DNA of 24,966 bases from the IMG/VR virus record IMGVR_UViG_3300017740_000077, positions 1 through 24,966 of that record; one strand, written 5' to 3'. A model generated the notes under the pieces. The model was not told the DNA's origin and made no database searches. It saw nothing but the letters and a program-made list of their open reading frames with translations. Shown piece by piece: positions 17,046 through 24,798 of this stretch (the first letter of the stretch is position 1; the number at the start of each line of letters is the position of its first letter). Source of the DNA: a virus (taxonomy: Duplodnaviria > Caudoviricetes). The position numbers were made by a program, and so were the translations under genes.

Positions 17046-17305
17046 AATACAACAACTATATCAGAAGATTTTATAACGTGGTAAGCTGTTTTATTTATTT
17101 CTATAATATGTCCAGCATGTTTATCAAAATATATTTTATCCTTTTGTTTTATGCCTTCAACTTCATTGCCTACTGATACTACTTCTGCTTCTATATATCT
17201 TACATCATCTTTATGAGCATCTGCTAAAAGCAAACCACCTTCTGTTTTAGATATTTCTTTAGCTGTTTTATTTATTATTAAGTTTCTACCTATTGCCTTC
17301 ATCAA
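17042..17305 (-). CDS. groES: Co-chaperonin GroES (Cpn10), phage-encoded (86-87 aa)
   Basis: KAIGRNLII, mobile loop KTEGGLLL, AEVVSVG, KQKDKIYFDKHAG, IKSSDIVVVL; overlaps the end of groEL. Confidence 0.9.
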   Translation of the reverse strand: MMKAIGRNLIINKTAKEISKTEGGLLLADAHKDDVRYIEAEVVSVGNEVEGIKQKDKIYFDKHAGHIIEINKTAYHVIKSSDIVVVL

Positions 17306-18839
17306 CTCTTAAATTATTAATTACACAATCTGTAGATAATATTGTAGTTGCAACAGATACTGCATTTGATAATGCACTTTTTGTAACTAGCAGTGGATCT
17401 ATAATACCACTTTTAATAAGATTACAACTATTACCTGTTATTACATTAATTCCAATTCCTTCACCTAAAAATGGACCATATTTAATACCAGCATTACTTA
17501 ATATTGTTTTGTATGGATATTTAATAGCATTAGTAAGTATTGTTTCAGATGTTGACGGATTTTTAATTGAATCAGCAGCGTTGTGTAATGCTATCCCACC
17601 GCCAGGAACAATTCCTTCTTTTATTGCAGCTTTAGTTGCACATATTGCATCTTCAACTCTATCTGATTTTTCTTTTAATTCTATATCTGAATTAGCCCCT
17701 ACTTTTACTATTGCAATCTTAGCTGATAAACGAGCTAAGCGCTTTTCTAATCTAATTATTTCTGCAGGTGGTTTATTTTTATTTAAATCTTTTTTTATTT
17801 GTTTAATAGATTTTAAAACTTCTTCAGATGGTTCAGACACTTGTATTATAGTTTCTTCGTCTGTTGTAATGCTTTTTAAGCATGTACCCAAAAATTCTGG
17901 CTTAATAAAATCTAAATCGTCACCCAAATCTTCATTAATTATTGTTGCTCCTGTTAACATAGCTAAATCAGTTAACATTTCTTTTTTAGTTATTCCATAC
18001 GTTGGAGCATTAATAACATTTACTTTTATATTACCTTTTACTTTATTCATTGCTAAAGCTGATATAACAGGCTGTTCAATATCTGCTATTATAAGTAAAG
18101 GTTTATTATTTTTTATAACATATTCTAATACACTTTGTATTTGTCTTATGTTTTCAACTGGTGATTCAATTAATAAAACTTCAGGGTTTTCAAGTTCAGC
18201 TGCTCTTTTTTCTTTGCTTGTTATAAAATGTGAGTTAGTTAATCCTTTTTCATATTGAACACCATCTACAATTTCAATTTCTGTTTCAGCAAGTGATGAC
18301 ATTTCCATCATTACAACACCTGTTTCATCTACCGCCCTAAAAGCATCACCAATTATTTTACCAAGCTTTGGATCATTATTAGTTGATATTGTAGCTATTT
18401 GGTCAATCATATTTCCTTTAACAGGAACTTTAATTTTATCTAAATATTTTAAAGTCTTTTTAAGAGCAGATTCAATTCCTAATCTTACATCTCTTATACT
18501 TATACTTTTATCTATTTTAGATGCTTCAGAGAGTATTGCATGAGCTAATACTGTAGCTGTAGTTGTTCCGTCTCCGGCTTCTTTAACTGTTTTACGAGCG
18601 GCTTCTTTTAAAAGTGTTGCTCCCATATTTTCAACTGGATCTAATAGTATAATACTATCTGCTACAGTTACTCCATCTTTTGTTATAACAGGTTTACCTG
18701 CTCCATCTTCCAGCATTACACACTTACCGCCAGCTCCTAATGTAGAGCTGACAGCATTAGTGAGTTTATTTATACCTTCAAATACTTTTTCCCTAGCTTC
18801 ATCTCCAAAGCTAAGGTTTTTGACGATTGCGTCTGACAT
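17286..18839 (-). CDS. groEL: Chaperonin GroEL (Cpn60), phage-encoded (517 aa)
   Basis: ITKDGVTVA, ENMGA, AGDGTTTATVLA (nucleotide binding), KSDRVEDA (catalytic Asp), EGIVPGGG and GIIDP. Confidence 0.96.
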   Translation of the reverse strand: MSDAIVKNLSFGDEAREKVFEGINKLTNAVSSTLGAGGKCVMLEDGAGKPVITKDGVTVADSIILLDPVENMGATLLKEAARKTVKEAGDGTTTATVLAHAILSEASKIDKSISIRDVRLGIESALKKTLKYLDKIKVPVKGNMIDQIATISTNNDPKLGKIIGDAFRAVDETGVVMMEMSSLAETEIEIVDGVQYEKGLTNSHFITSKEKRAAELENPEVLLIESPVENIRQIQSVLEYVIKNNKPLLIIADIEQPVISALAMNKVKGNIKVNVINAPTYGITKKEMLTDLAMLTGATIINEDLGDDLDFIKPEFLGTCLKSITTDEETIIQVSEPSEEVLKSIKQIKKDLNKNKPPAEIIRLEKRLARLSAKIAIVKVGANSDIELKEKSDRVEDAICATKAAIKEGIVPGGGIALHNAADSIKNPSTSETILTNAIKYPYKTILSNAGIKYGPFLGEGIGINVITGNSCNLIKSGIIDPLLVTKSALSNAVSVATTILSTDCVINNLRVDEGNR

Positions 18840-18866
18840 AATTTAATTAAATTTGATTAGTAATAT

Positions 18867-19157
18867 TTATTTGAAAGTTTTTACAACTTTAGGTCCTTCA
18901 AGATAACCAATTTTCTTTTTGTAATATTCAATTGAAGCATCAATAGCAGCCTCAGCTCCTTCTAATGTTTCTCTTCTCGTTACATCATTCCAATCGGTAT
19001 CTATTTTAAGATCCTGATATTCAGTTTGAAAAAATCCGTTTGGTAATTGGGTTATACGCCAATTTTCTTTATCAGCGATGTGCCTCCAAAGGTTTTTGGT
19101 TTCTTCTGAAATTTGTGGTTGACTATTCCACGTACTAGTCCGGTAATATAGTGTCAT
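18867..19157 (-). CDS. Hypothetical phage protein (96 aa)
   Basis: Intact ORF upstream of groEL: WRITQLPNGFFQTE...W.DVTRRETLEGAEAAID. Confidence 0.7.
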   Translation of the reverse strand: MTLYYRTSTWNSQPQISEETKNLWRHIADKENWRITQLPNGFFQTEYQDLKIDTDWNDVTRRETLEGAEAAIDASIEYYKKKIGYLEGPKVVKTFK

Positions 19158-19194
19158 TTTGGTATTGGTTTTTTAGCTTACACAAATTATTATA

Positions 19195-19221
19195 ATGCCA
19201 AAGGTAAGCTTTCTTTAGCAT
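19195..19221 (-). terminator. Intergenic hairpin between the tail-fibre cassette and the chaperonin block
   Basis: Minus strand ATGCTAAAG-AAAGCTTAC-CTTTGGCAT, a 9-bp stem with one G-U pair and a weak U-tract. Confidence 0.35.
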
Positions 19222-19260
19222 ATTGGTTTATAATATATTATTACTTGTTTTTTTTATTTT

Positions 19261-20127
19261 TTAGTAATATAAAATTACTGATCCGGCGCCTCCAGCATGA
19301 TTAGTAAATGCCGTTGATGTGCTACAAGGCCCACCAGCACCATAACCTTGAGGAAAATCGGGCCCGACACCTCCCACATCATATATATTATTACCAGCTC
19401 CTCCTCCCATTCCGTAGCCATTAATTCCTTGAAAACCTTCAGCTAAACGCCATGAGGATGAACCATATCCAGCTGTTCGGAATGCTCCTTTTCCAAAAGC
19501 AAAACCGGAAGTTGAAAGTGTAGTGGCTCCATAAACAATTGTAGAATCACCTTCACTAAGAGATCTGCCTCCACCATTACCACATGTTAGTACTAAATCT
19601 GTTGATGCTGTAGCTATAGTTAATGTTCCACTTGTAAATCTTCCTCCATTTCCACCACCACCGACATTCGTAGATTGATTTTGAGAATCATATCCGTTTG
19701 CTCCCCCTCCAATCATAAAATAACCAATTGAAGCACCATCTACTAAACCTAAATCTGTAGCTGGATTAACTACTACATCTGTATTAATATTACAAATAGT
19801 AATAGTATTATTAGCATGTGAAGTACTCGGTGGAGTACTTACAAAATCAAAATTATTGTAATTACCTCCGGAGCTGCCTGTTTTTTGTACAACATAAGGA
19901 CCATCTGTAATAGGATAACCAAACCAAAGAGTACATTTAGTTCCAATAGCTACAGGTGTTGCATTACTTTGGTCAATAGTAATAGCTGTATTACCACCTG
20001 TATATCCAAAAGGATAAACTCTTCCGTTTCTAATGTTACCTCTTAAATTATATTCTTTTGTAAAGCCGCCGCCGCCTCCGCCGCCGCCACCGGTTGATAA
20101 TTCTGTTGCTCCTAAATATATTGCCAT
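19261..20127 (-). CDS. Glycine-rich tail fibre / receptor-binding protein (288 aa)
   Basis: MAIYLG start, poly-Gly linker and Gly-rich C-terminal domain ending GGAGSVILYY; paralogue of 23926-24774. Confidence 0.7.
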   Translation of the reverse strand: MAIYLGATELSTGGGGGGGGGFTKEYNLRGNIRNGRVYPFGYTGGNTAITIDQSNATPVAIGTKCTLWFGYPITDGPYVVQKTGSSGGNYNNFDFVSTPPSTSHANNTITICNINTDVVVNPATDLGLVDGASIGYFMIGGGANGYDSQNQSTNVGGGGNGGRFTSGTLTIATASTDLVLTCGNGGGRSLSEGDSTIVYGATTLSTSGFAFGKGAFRTAGYGSSSWRLAEGFQGINGYGMGGGAGNNIYDVGGVGPDFPQGYGAGGPCSTSTAFTNHAGGAGSVILYY

Positions 20128-20137
20128 TATTTATATT

Positions 20138-20263
20138 TTATGTTGTTATATATATTGTACTTGCATCATAAGATCCTAATGCATCATATGCTGCTTGTGT
20201 TAATGTTATTGTTTTTATAATCGATGAATCTACATTTGTTGATTCTACTACTGTTCCTGCCAT
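20138..20263 (-). CDS. 41-aa tail-fibre-associated peptide (TQAAYDAL...D..TIYI motif)
   Basis: Not in the ORF track. My translation: MAGTVVESTNVDSSIIKTITLTQAAYDALGSYDASTIYITT. It fills the gap with 10-11 nt spacers, and the motif is typical of phage tail-fibre C-termini. Confidence 0.7.
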   Translation of the reverse strand: MAGTVVESTNVDSSIIKTITLTQAAYDALGSYDASTIYITT

Positions 20264-20274
20264 TTTATTGTTTT

Positions 20275-22233
20275 TTAACTAAATGTTATTGTTCCTGTTC
20301 CTCCCTTAAATTGTAATATAGAATCTGTACCGTCTGTACTTTCTGTTATTATTCCTTCATTATAAAGTGATGCTGCTTGAGCAGCTGTTAAAGCTGTAGT
20401 AAACACTCTTACTTGATCTATTAAGCCAGGAAAAAATCCAACAGTTGTACCAACATCATCGAGAGCGCCTAACCTATATGGATTTTGTGATGTATATACT
20501 CTATTTCCTGGAGGAGTTGCATTATTGTTTGCGACACCATTAAGATATATTACACAGTCTAAAGCGTTATATGTAACTACTACATGCCACCAATTATTTA
20601 TGCTTATTCCACTCGATGCAAAATTCATATCTCCATTACTTGAATAACTTAAAAAAGTAACAGCTCCATTATTTAAAGATATTTGAAATCCTTTATTAAG
20701 GCCATCATTAGCATATGCTCCGAAAATAGTATCCCACGCTCCAAAAGCGGATGGATTTATCCAAAAAGAAATTGTAAAATCATTATTATTTACTAAATTA
20801 TTAGGTAATGCAACATAGCTGCTAGTTCCATTAAAACTTGCAGCATCACCAAATACACCAGAAACATATGAATTTAAATTATATGCAGTTCCACTATTTC
20901 CATTTCCACTTGAATCTAATACATTATTATTTAAAGTATAAAAAGCTGAATTTGATACTGGAAAAGTAGGATTAGATGAAGAATTTAAATTACCTGTTGT
21001 TGAATAATTAGTTACAGCATTTGTTGGATAACGTAATATTACTATTCCAGATCCTCCATTTCCTCCGTTTGGTGCTGGGTTGGATAATGCGGCTGCTGAG
21101 CCACCTCCTCCTCCGCCACCTAGTCCGCGTGTTCCGCTACTACCATTTATTGATCCGCTAGCAGGAGGCACGCCTGCATTACCACCGCCACCTTGACCGC
21201 CTTGTCCATTAACACCACTAGATGTATTAAATGTGTATTTTCCTCCGGCTCCGCCCCCGGCATAAAATACAGGTGACCCAGTTATACTAACACTTAGTCC
21301 GTCTCCTCCATTACCACCTGAATTTGTTGTTCCGTTTGCTCCAGGGTCTGCTGCTCCCCCGCCTCCTCCGGCGCCGTCATCTGTGCTACTACCAGCAGAA
21401 ACACCTCCAGCTGAACCTTGACCAGTAGTACCACTACCTGCAACATTGGGATTACTTCCTCCTGAATTATACCATTGGCCTCCTCCACCACTTCCTCCTG
21501 CTTGTCCTTTGCTAAAAGAACTGCTTCCAGAAGCGGCATTTGCTGTGCCACCAAATCCACCCCCCGTTGATATTATTTCGCTACCTACAGTTCCAAATTT
21601 TGAATTATATCCATTAGTTGTTCTACCATCTGCACCTGCAATGTTTCCATTACCCCCAGCACCTACCTCAATAGTATAATTAGTAGCTAAGATAGCTGAA
21701 AATGATGTTTCAGCAGGCGTAACTCCACCTCCAGTAGAAGGACCATAAGATGTACGCAATCCTCCTGCGCCGCCGCCACCGCCGCCGGTATAATCAAATA
21801 ATGAACCGCCGCCGCCGCCGCCTCCAGCAACTACTAAATAATCAATATTAAAATTTGGTGGAGCATTTACTAATGCATTAGTGCCATCGTTAGCAGCATA
21901 TTCAGCTAACCAACCTTGAGCTGTCCCAGAATATATAATACTTACAGCACCTCTTTGATAGTCTATTTTAACATCATTTGCAGATCCATTTATATTAGCT
22001 TGAGCAGTAATTTTTATATTATTAGTTTGTGCGGTACCTGCATAATCGACTATACTTACTATGTCTCCGACAGCAGGAGATGGAGGCATTGTTACAATTA
22101 CTTCATTAGAAGTTGTATTAACAAAATAGCCTTGCGATGCTACAGATTGAAAATTACCTGTTTTAATTGTTGACTGCCAATCTACCCCTAAACCGCCTTG
22201 TATAAGTTCTTTTGTTACTTTTGTTAATGCCAT
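20275..22233 (-). CDS. Glycine-rich tail fibre protein with LamG / concanavalin A-like domain (652 aa)
   Basis: MALTKV start; N-terminal GYFVNTT..GDIVSIVDYA..GW module; Gly-rich domain (IDYLVVAGGGGG...GGSGIVILRY); LamG motifs DFTISFWI, WWHVVVTY, IYLNG, GLIDQVRVFTTALT. Confidence 0.82.
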   Translation of the reverse strand: MALTKVTKELIQGGLGVDWQSTIKTGNFQSVASQGYFVNTTSNEVIVTMPPSPAVGDIVSIVDYAGTAQTNNIKITAQANINGSANDVKIDYQRGAVSIIYSGTAQGWLAEYAANDGTNALVNAPPNFNIDYLVVAGGGGGGGSLFDYTGGGGGGAGGLRTSYGPSTGGGVTPAETSFSAILATNYTIEVGAGGNGNIAGADGRTTNGYNSKFGTVGSEIISTGGGFGGTANAASGSSSFSKGQAGGSGGGGQWYNSGGSNPNVAGSGTTGQGSAGGVSAGSSTDDGAGGGGGAADPGANGTTNSGGNGGDGLSVSITGSPVFYAGGGAGGKYTFNTSSGVNGQGGQGGGGNAGVPPASGSINGSSGTRGLGGGGGGGSAAALSNPAPNGGNGGSGIVILRYPTNAVTNYSTTGNLNSSSNPTFPVSNSAFYTLNNNVLDSSGNGNSGTAYNLNSYVSGVFGDAASFNGTSSYVALPNNLVNNNDFTISFWINPSAFGAWDTIFGAYANDGLNKGFQISLNNGAVTFLSYSSNGDMNFASSGISINNWWHVVVTYNALDCVIYLNGVANNNATPPGNRVYTSQNPYRLGALDDVGTTVGFFPGLIDQVRVFTTALTAAQAASLYNEGIITESTDGTDSILQFKGGTGTITFS

Positions 22234-22237
22234 AATT

Positions 22238-23587
22238 TTAATTAAATGTTATTGTTCCTGTACCAGTTGTAAAAGTTATTACAGAATCTGTGCCAATAAT
22301 TACTGGAGTTGGTGTGTTTAATGTTCCTGTTACTGTAAAAGATGTTACTGCAGATGTTGCATATCTTATGATTACCACACCAGAGCCGCCTTGTCCGCCC
22401 ACTCTTTGAGCGTTACTTCCAGAGCCTGCTCCACCGCCTCCGCCGCCACCAGTATTGGCTGCTCCTGCTGTTGCTTGGCTAGAACCATCAGTTCCTCCGT
22501 TTCCGCCACCTTGTGTACCTGCTCCAATACGAGGACCGCCAGTATAACCGCCGCCGCCGCCGCCTCCACATCTTGGAGTATTTGTTCCGTCTATTCCAGA
22601 AGTAGCACGGCCTGATACTGCCGAGTCATTACCTCCATCATAACCGCCACCGGTTGTTGCTGAAGAACCTAGTCCAAATGCACTTCCTCCTCCACCTGAA
22701 GAATCTGTATTTCCATTTACATCAGAACTCCCCCCATTAAATCCAGAATTAACACTTGTGGCTGAACCTCCTGCTCTAGGGGCTGGATTATTTGCATTTC
22801 CTCTCGAACCACCACCACCACTAGCTCCATTAACTCCTACATAAAGGTTATCTCCTACAGCAGCAGTAATGCTTATTCCTGTTCCGCCGCCGCCTCCGCC
22901 AATAGCAGTTTCAGTTATAGCTCCACCACCACCTCGACCTTCAAAATTTAAAACCGACGAGTTTCCATTAAATCCTTTTGACCAATCTGTAACGCTTGGA
23001 CCTTGTGTTCCTGGCAATCCGCCTTCTCCAACTGTGACTGTATATGCAACATTTTTTGACATTTCTCCTGTACTTCCAGTTGCTGGTGTAGAACCACCGC
23101 CAACTTCAGAATTGTAGCTAACAATGTATGCTCCAGCACCGCCACCGCCGCCTTCGTTTCCGCCACCGCCGCCTCCGCCACCAACAATTAAATAATCAAT
23201 ATTAAAAGGAAGTGGAATTGGATTTATAGCTGAATTACCTTCGTTAGCGGCAGCAGATGCAACCCATCCTTGAGTGCTATCAATATATGTAATTCTTAAT
23301 GCTCCTCTTGTATAGTTTATTATTTTATTATCAGAAGATGCTTGTATATTATTGCTACTAGTTAAAGTTATATTATTTGTAGATGTAGTACCTGCATAAT
23401 CAATAACACCTATTGAATCGCCTACAATAGGTGACGAAGGCATTGTAACAGTAATACCAGCATTTGTAGTATTAACAAAATAACCCTTACCAGTGACTGC
23501 TGTAAAGCTTGATGTTTCTACAGAACTTTGCCAATCAAGACCAAGTCCCCCGTCAATCATAACTGGGGGTATTTGTGTTAATGCCAT
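22238..23587 (-). CDS. Glycine-rich tail fibre protein (449 aa)
   Basis: Same architecture as 20275-22233 (MALT, DWQS, GYFVNTT, FNIDYL.VGGGGG, GGSGVVIIRY, GTGTITF) without the LamG domain. Confidence 0.8.
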   Translation of the reverse strand: MALTQIPPVMIDGGLGLDWQSSVETSSFTAVTGKGYFVNTTNAGITVTMPSSPIVGDSIGVIDYAGTTSTNNITLTSSNNIQASSDNKIINYTRGALRITYIDSTQGWVASAAANEGNSAINPIPLPFNIDYLIVGGGGGGGGNEGGGGGAGAYIVSYNSEVGGGSTPATGSTGEMSKNVAYTVTVGEGGLPGTQGPSVTDWSKGFNGNSSVLNFEGRGGGGAITETAIGGGGGGTGISITAAVGDNLYVGVNGASGGGGSRGNANNPAPRAGGSATSVNSGFNGGSSDVNGNTDSSGGGGSAFGLGSSATTGGGYDGGNDSAVSGRATSGIDGTNTPRCGGGGGGGYTGGPRIGAGTQGGGNGGTDGSSQATAGAANTGGGGGGGAGSGSNAQRVGGQGGSGVVIIRYATSAVTSFTVTGTLNTPTPVIIGTDSVITFTTGTGTITFN

Positions 23588-23590
23588 TAA

Positions 23591-23914
23591 TTAAGGACTT
23601 GTAGGTTTAGTATCTGGAAAAGCATCTGTTGATGGCCAGTCCCTTAATTCTTGTCTATAAGACATTAAAGCTGTATGTTTAGAATGGTCAGTAATAGGAA
23701 CAATAGAATCAGTTTTGTAAAGTTCATTATCTCTCCATTCTCTGCCTTCTGCTTCTAATTCTTTAGAAGTTTTTTCTATATGACTCCATCCGTTTTTTTC
23801 ATCATATAAATCTCCTACTCCAAACCCTTCAATTTCTTTAGCCCAAAGACCATCAAAACCTCTAATATCTTCTTGAGCGTAAATCGCCTTCCCGTTCTCT
23901 ATTTTGTAATACAT
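23591..23914 (-). CDS. Tail fibre assembly chaperone-like protein (107 aa)
   Basis: REWRDNELYKTD...YRQELRDWP...FP..KP matches the phage tail assembly chaperone motif; directly follows a fibre gene. Confidence 0.8.
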   Translation of the reverse strand: MYYKIENGKAIYAQEDIRGFDGLWAKEIEGFGVGDLYDEKNGWSHIEKTSKELEAEGREWRDNELYKTDSIVPITDHSKHTALMSYRQELRDWPSTDAFPDTKPTSP

Positions 23915-23925
23915 ATTTTTAGTTT

Positions 23926-24774
23926 TTAATAATATAATAAAATCGCACCATCGCCTGGAAGTGTATTTTGTTTACCACCATTACCAAAGCCATGCATACT
24001 TGGCTGTGATCCTTGTCTGCTAGCACCTGTAAAACCTGCATTGACACCCCCAACGCCATAGCCATTAATACCACACCCTGCAGCACTCATTTCGCTTGTT
24101 CGGTTTTGCGCCCCCCAACCTTGACCATTAGAACCGTTTGCTGTGGTTAATGTTAATCCTCCTGTAATTGTTGAATGAACCAAGGTGTCATAAGTAAGAG
24201 TTGCAACACCAGGAGTTAAGATCAAATTAGTTGAAGCGTTTGTAATAATTGCAGTACCATAGATTATTTTACCACCTTCGCCACCTTGTTCACTATTATT
24301 GTGCTGATTTCCAGAGCTTACCATAAAATATCCTAAACTGTCACCGTCAGATAAACCTAAATCGGTTGCGGGGTTTACTGTAAAAAATGTTGATGCTAAC
24401 ATAAGGAAAGTGGTATTATTTCCAACGTCACTTGACATTGCAGGGGTAAAGCTTATTGTTTGAAGTACTTGGTACCCTCCGCCTGTATTTGCCGTTACTG
24501 TTTGTACTCCTTGTCCAATATTAAAAGTATAACCTGCTAATCCATTCACAGTGCTAGTTATAGCTATTTTGTCTGCGTCGTTTTCATTTAATTTTAAACT
24601 TCCCGAAGTTGAGCTCGCAGTTATTGTTCCACTATTTCTTAAATCAATATTTGAAATTTTTAATTTATTTATTTCATCACCGCCAATTGCTCGACTTGTT
24701 GAATATTTATTCATTTTTGTAAATCCACCACCACCACCTCCTGCTGCGGGAAAAAAATCTGTAAAATCACTCAT
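23926..24774 (-). CDS. Glycine-rich tail fibre / receptor-binding protein (282 aa)
   Basis: MSDFTDFFPAAGGGGG start, VNPATDLGL..GYFM, ends GDGAILLYY; paralogue of 19261-20127. Confidence 0.7.
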   Translation of the reverse strand: MSDFTDFFPAAGGGGGGFTKMNKYSTSRAIGGDEINKLKISNIDLRNSGTITASSTSGSLKLNENDADKIAITSTVNGLAGYTFNIGQGVQTVTANTGGGYQVLQTISFTPAMSSDVGNNTTFLMLASTFFTVNPATDLGLSDGDSLGYFMVSSGNQHNNSEQGGEGGKIIYGTAIITNASTNLILTPGVATLTYDTLVHSTITGGLTLTTANGSNGQGWGAQNRTSEMSAAGCGINGYGVGGVNAGFTGASRQGSQPSMHGFGNGGKQNTLPGDGAILLYY

Positions 24775-24798
24775 AATTTATTTTATTTATTTATTTTA

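Noticed and set aside
17293-18258. 321-aa plus-strand ORF antisense to groEL
   Set aside because: It is codon-aligned with groEL on the opposite strand, has an I/S/F-rich shadow composition and no motifs. Long antisense ORFs are a common by-product of chaperone codon usage.
19135-19221. 28-aa minus-strand ORF MLKKAYLWHYNNLCKLKNQYQNDTILPD
   Set aside because: Very short, overlaps the next gene and coincides with a hairpin; there is no independent support.
19261-24774. Diversity-generating retroelement or invertible fibre cassette
   Set aside because: No reverse transcriptase or invertase is present, I saw no ~100-bp near-identical repeat pair with adenine-specific mismatches, and all fibre genes share one orientation.
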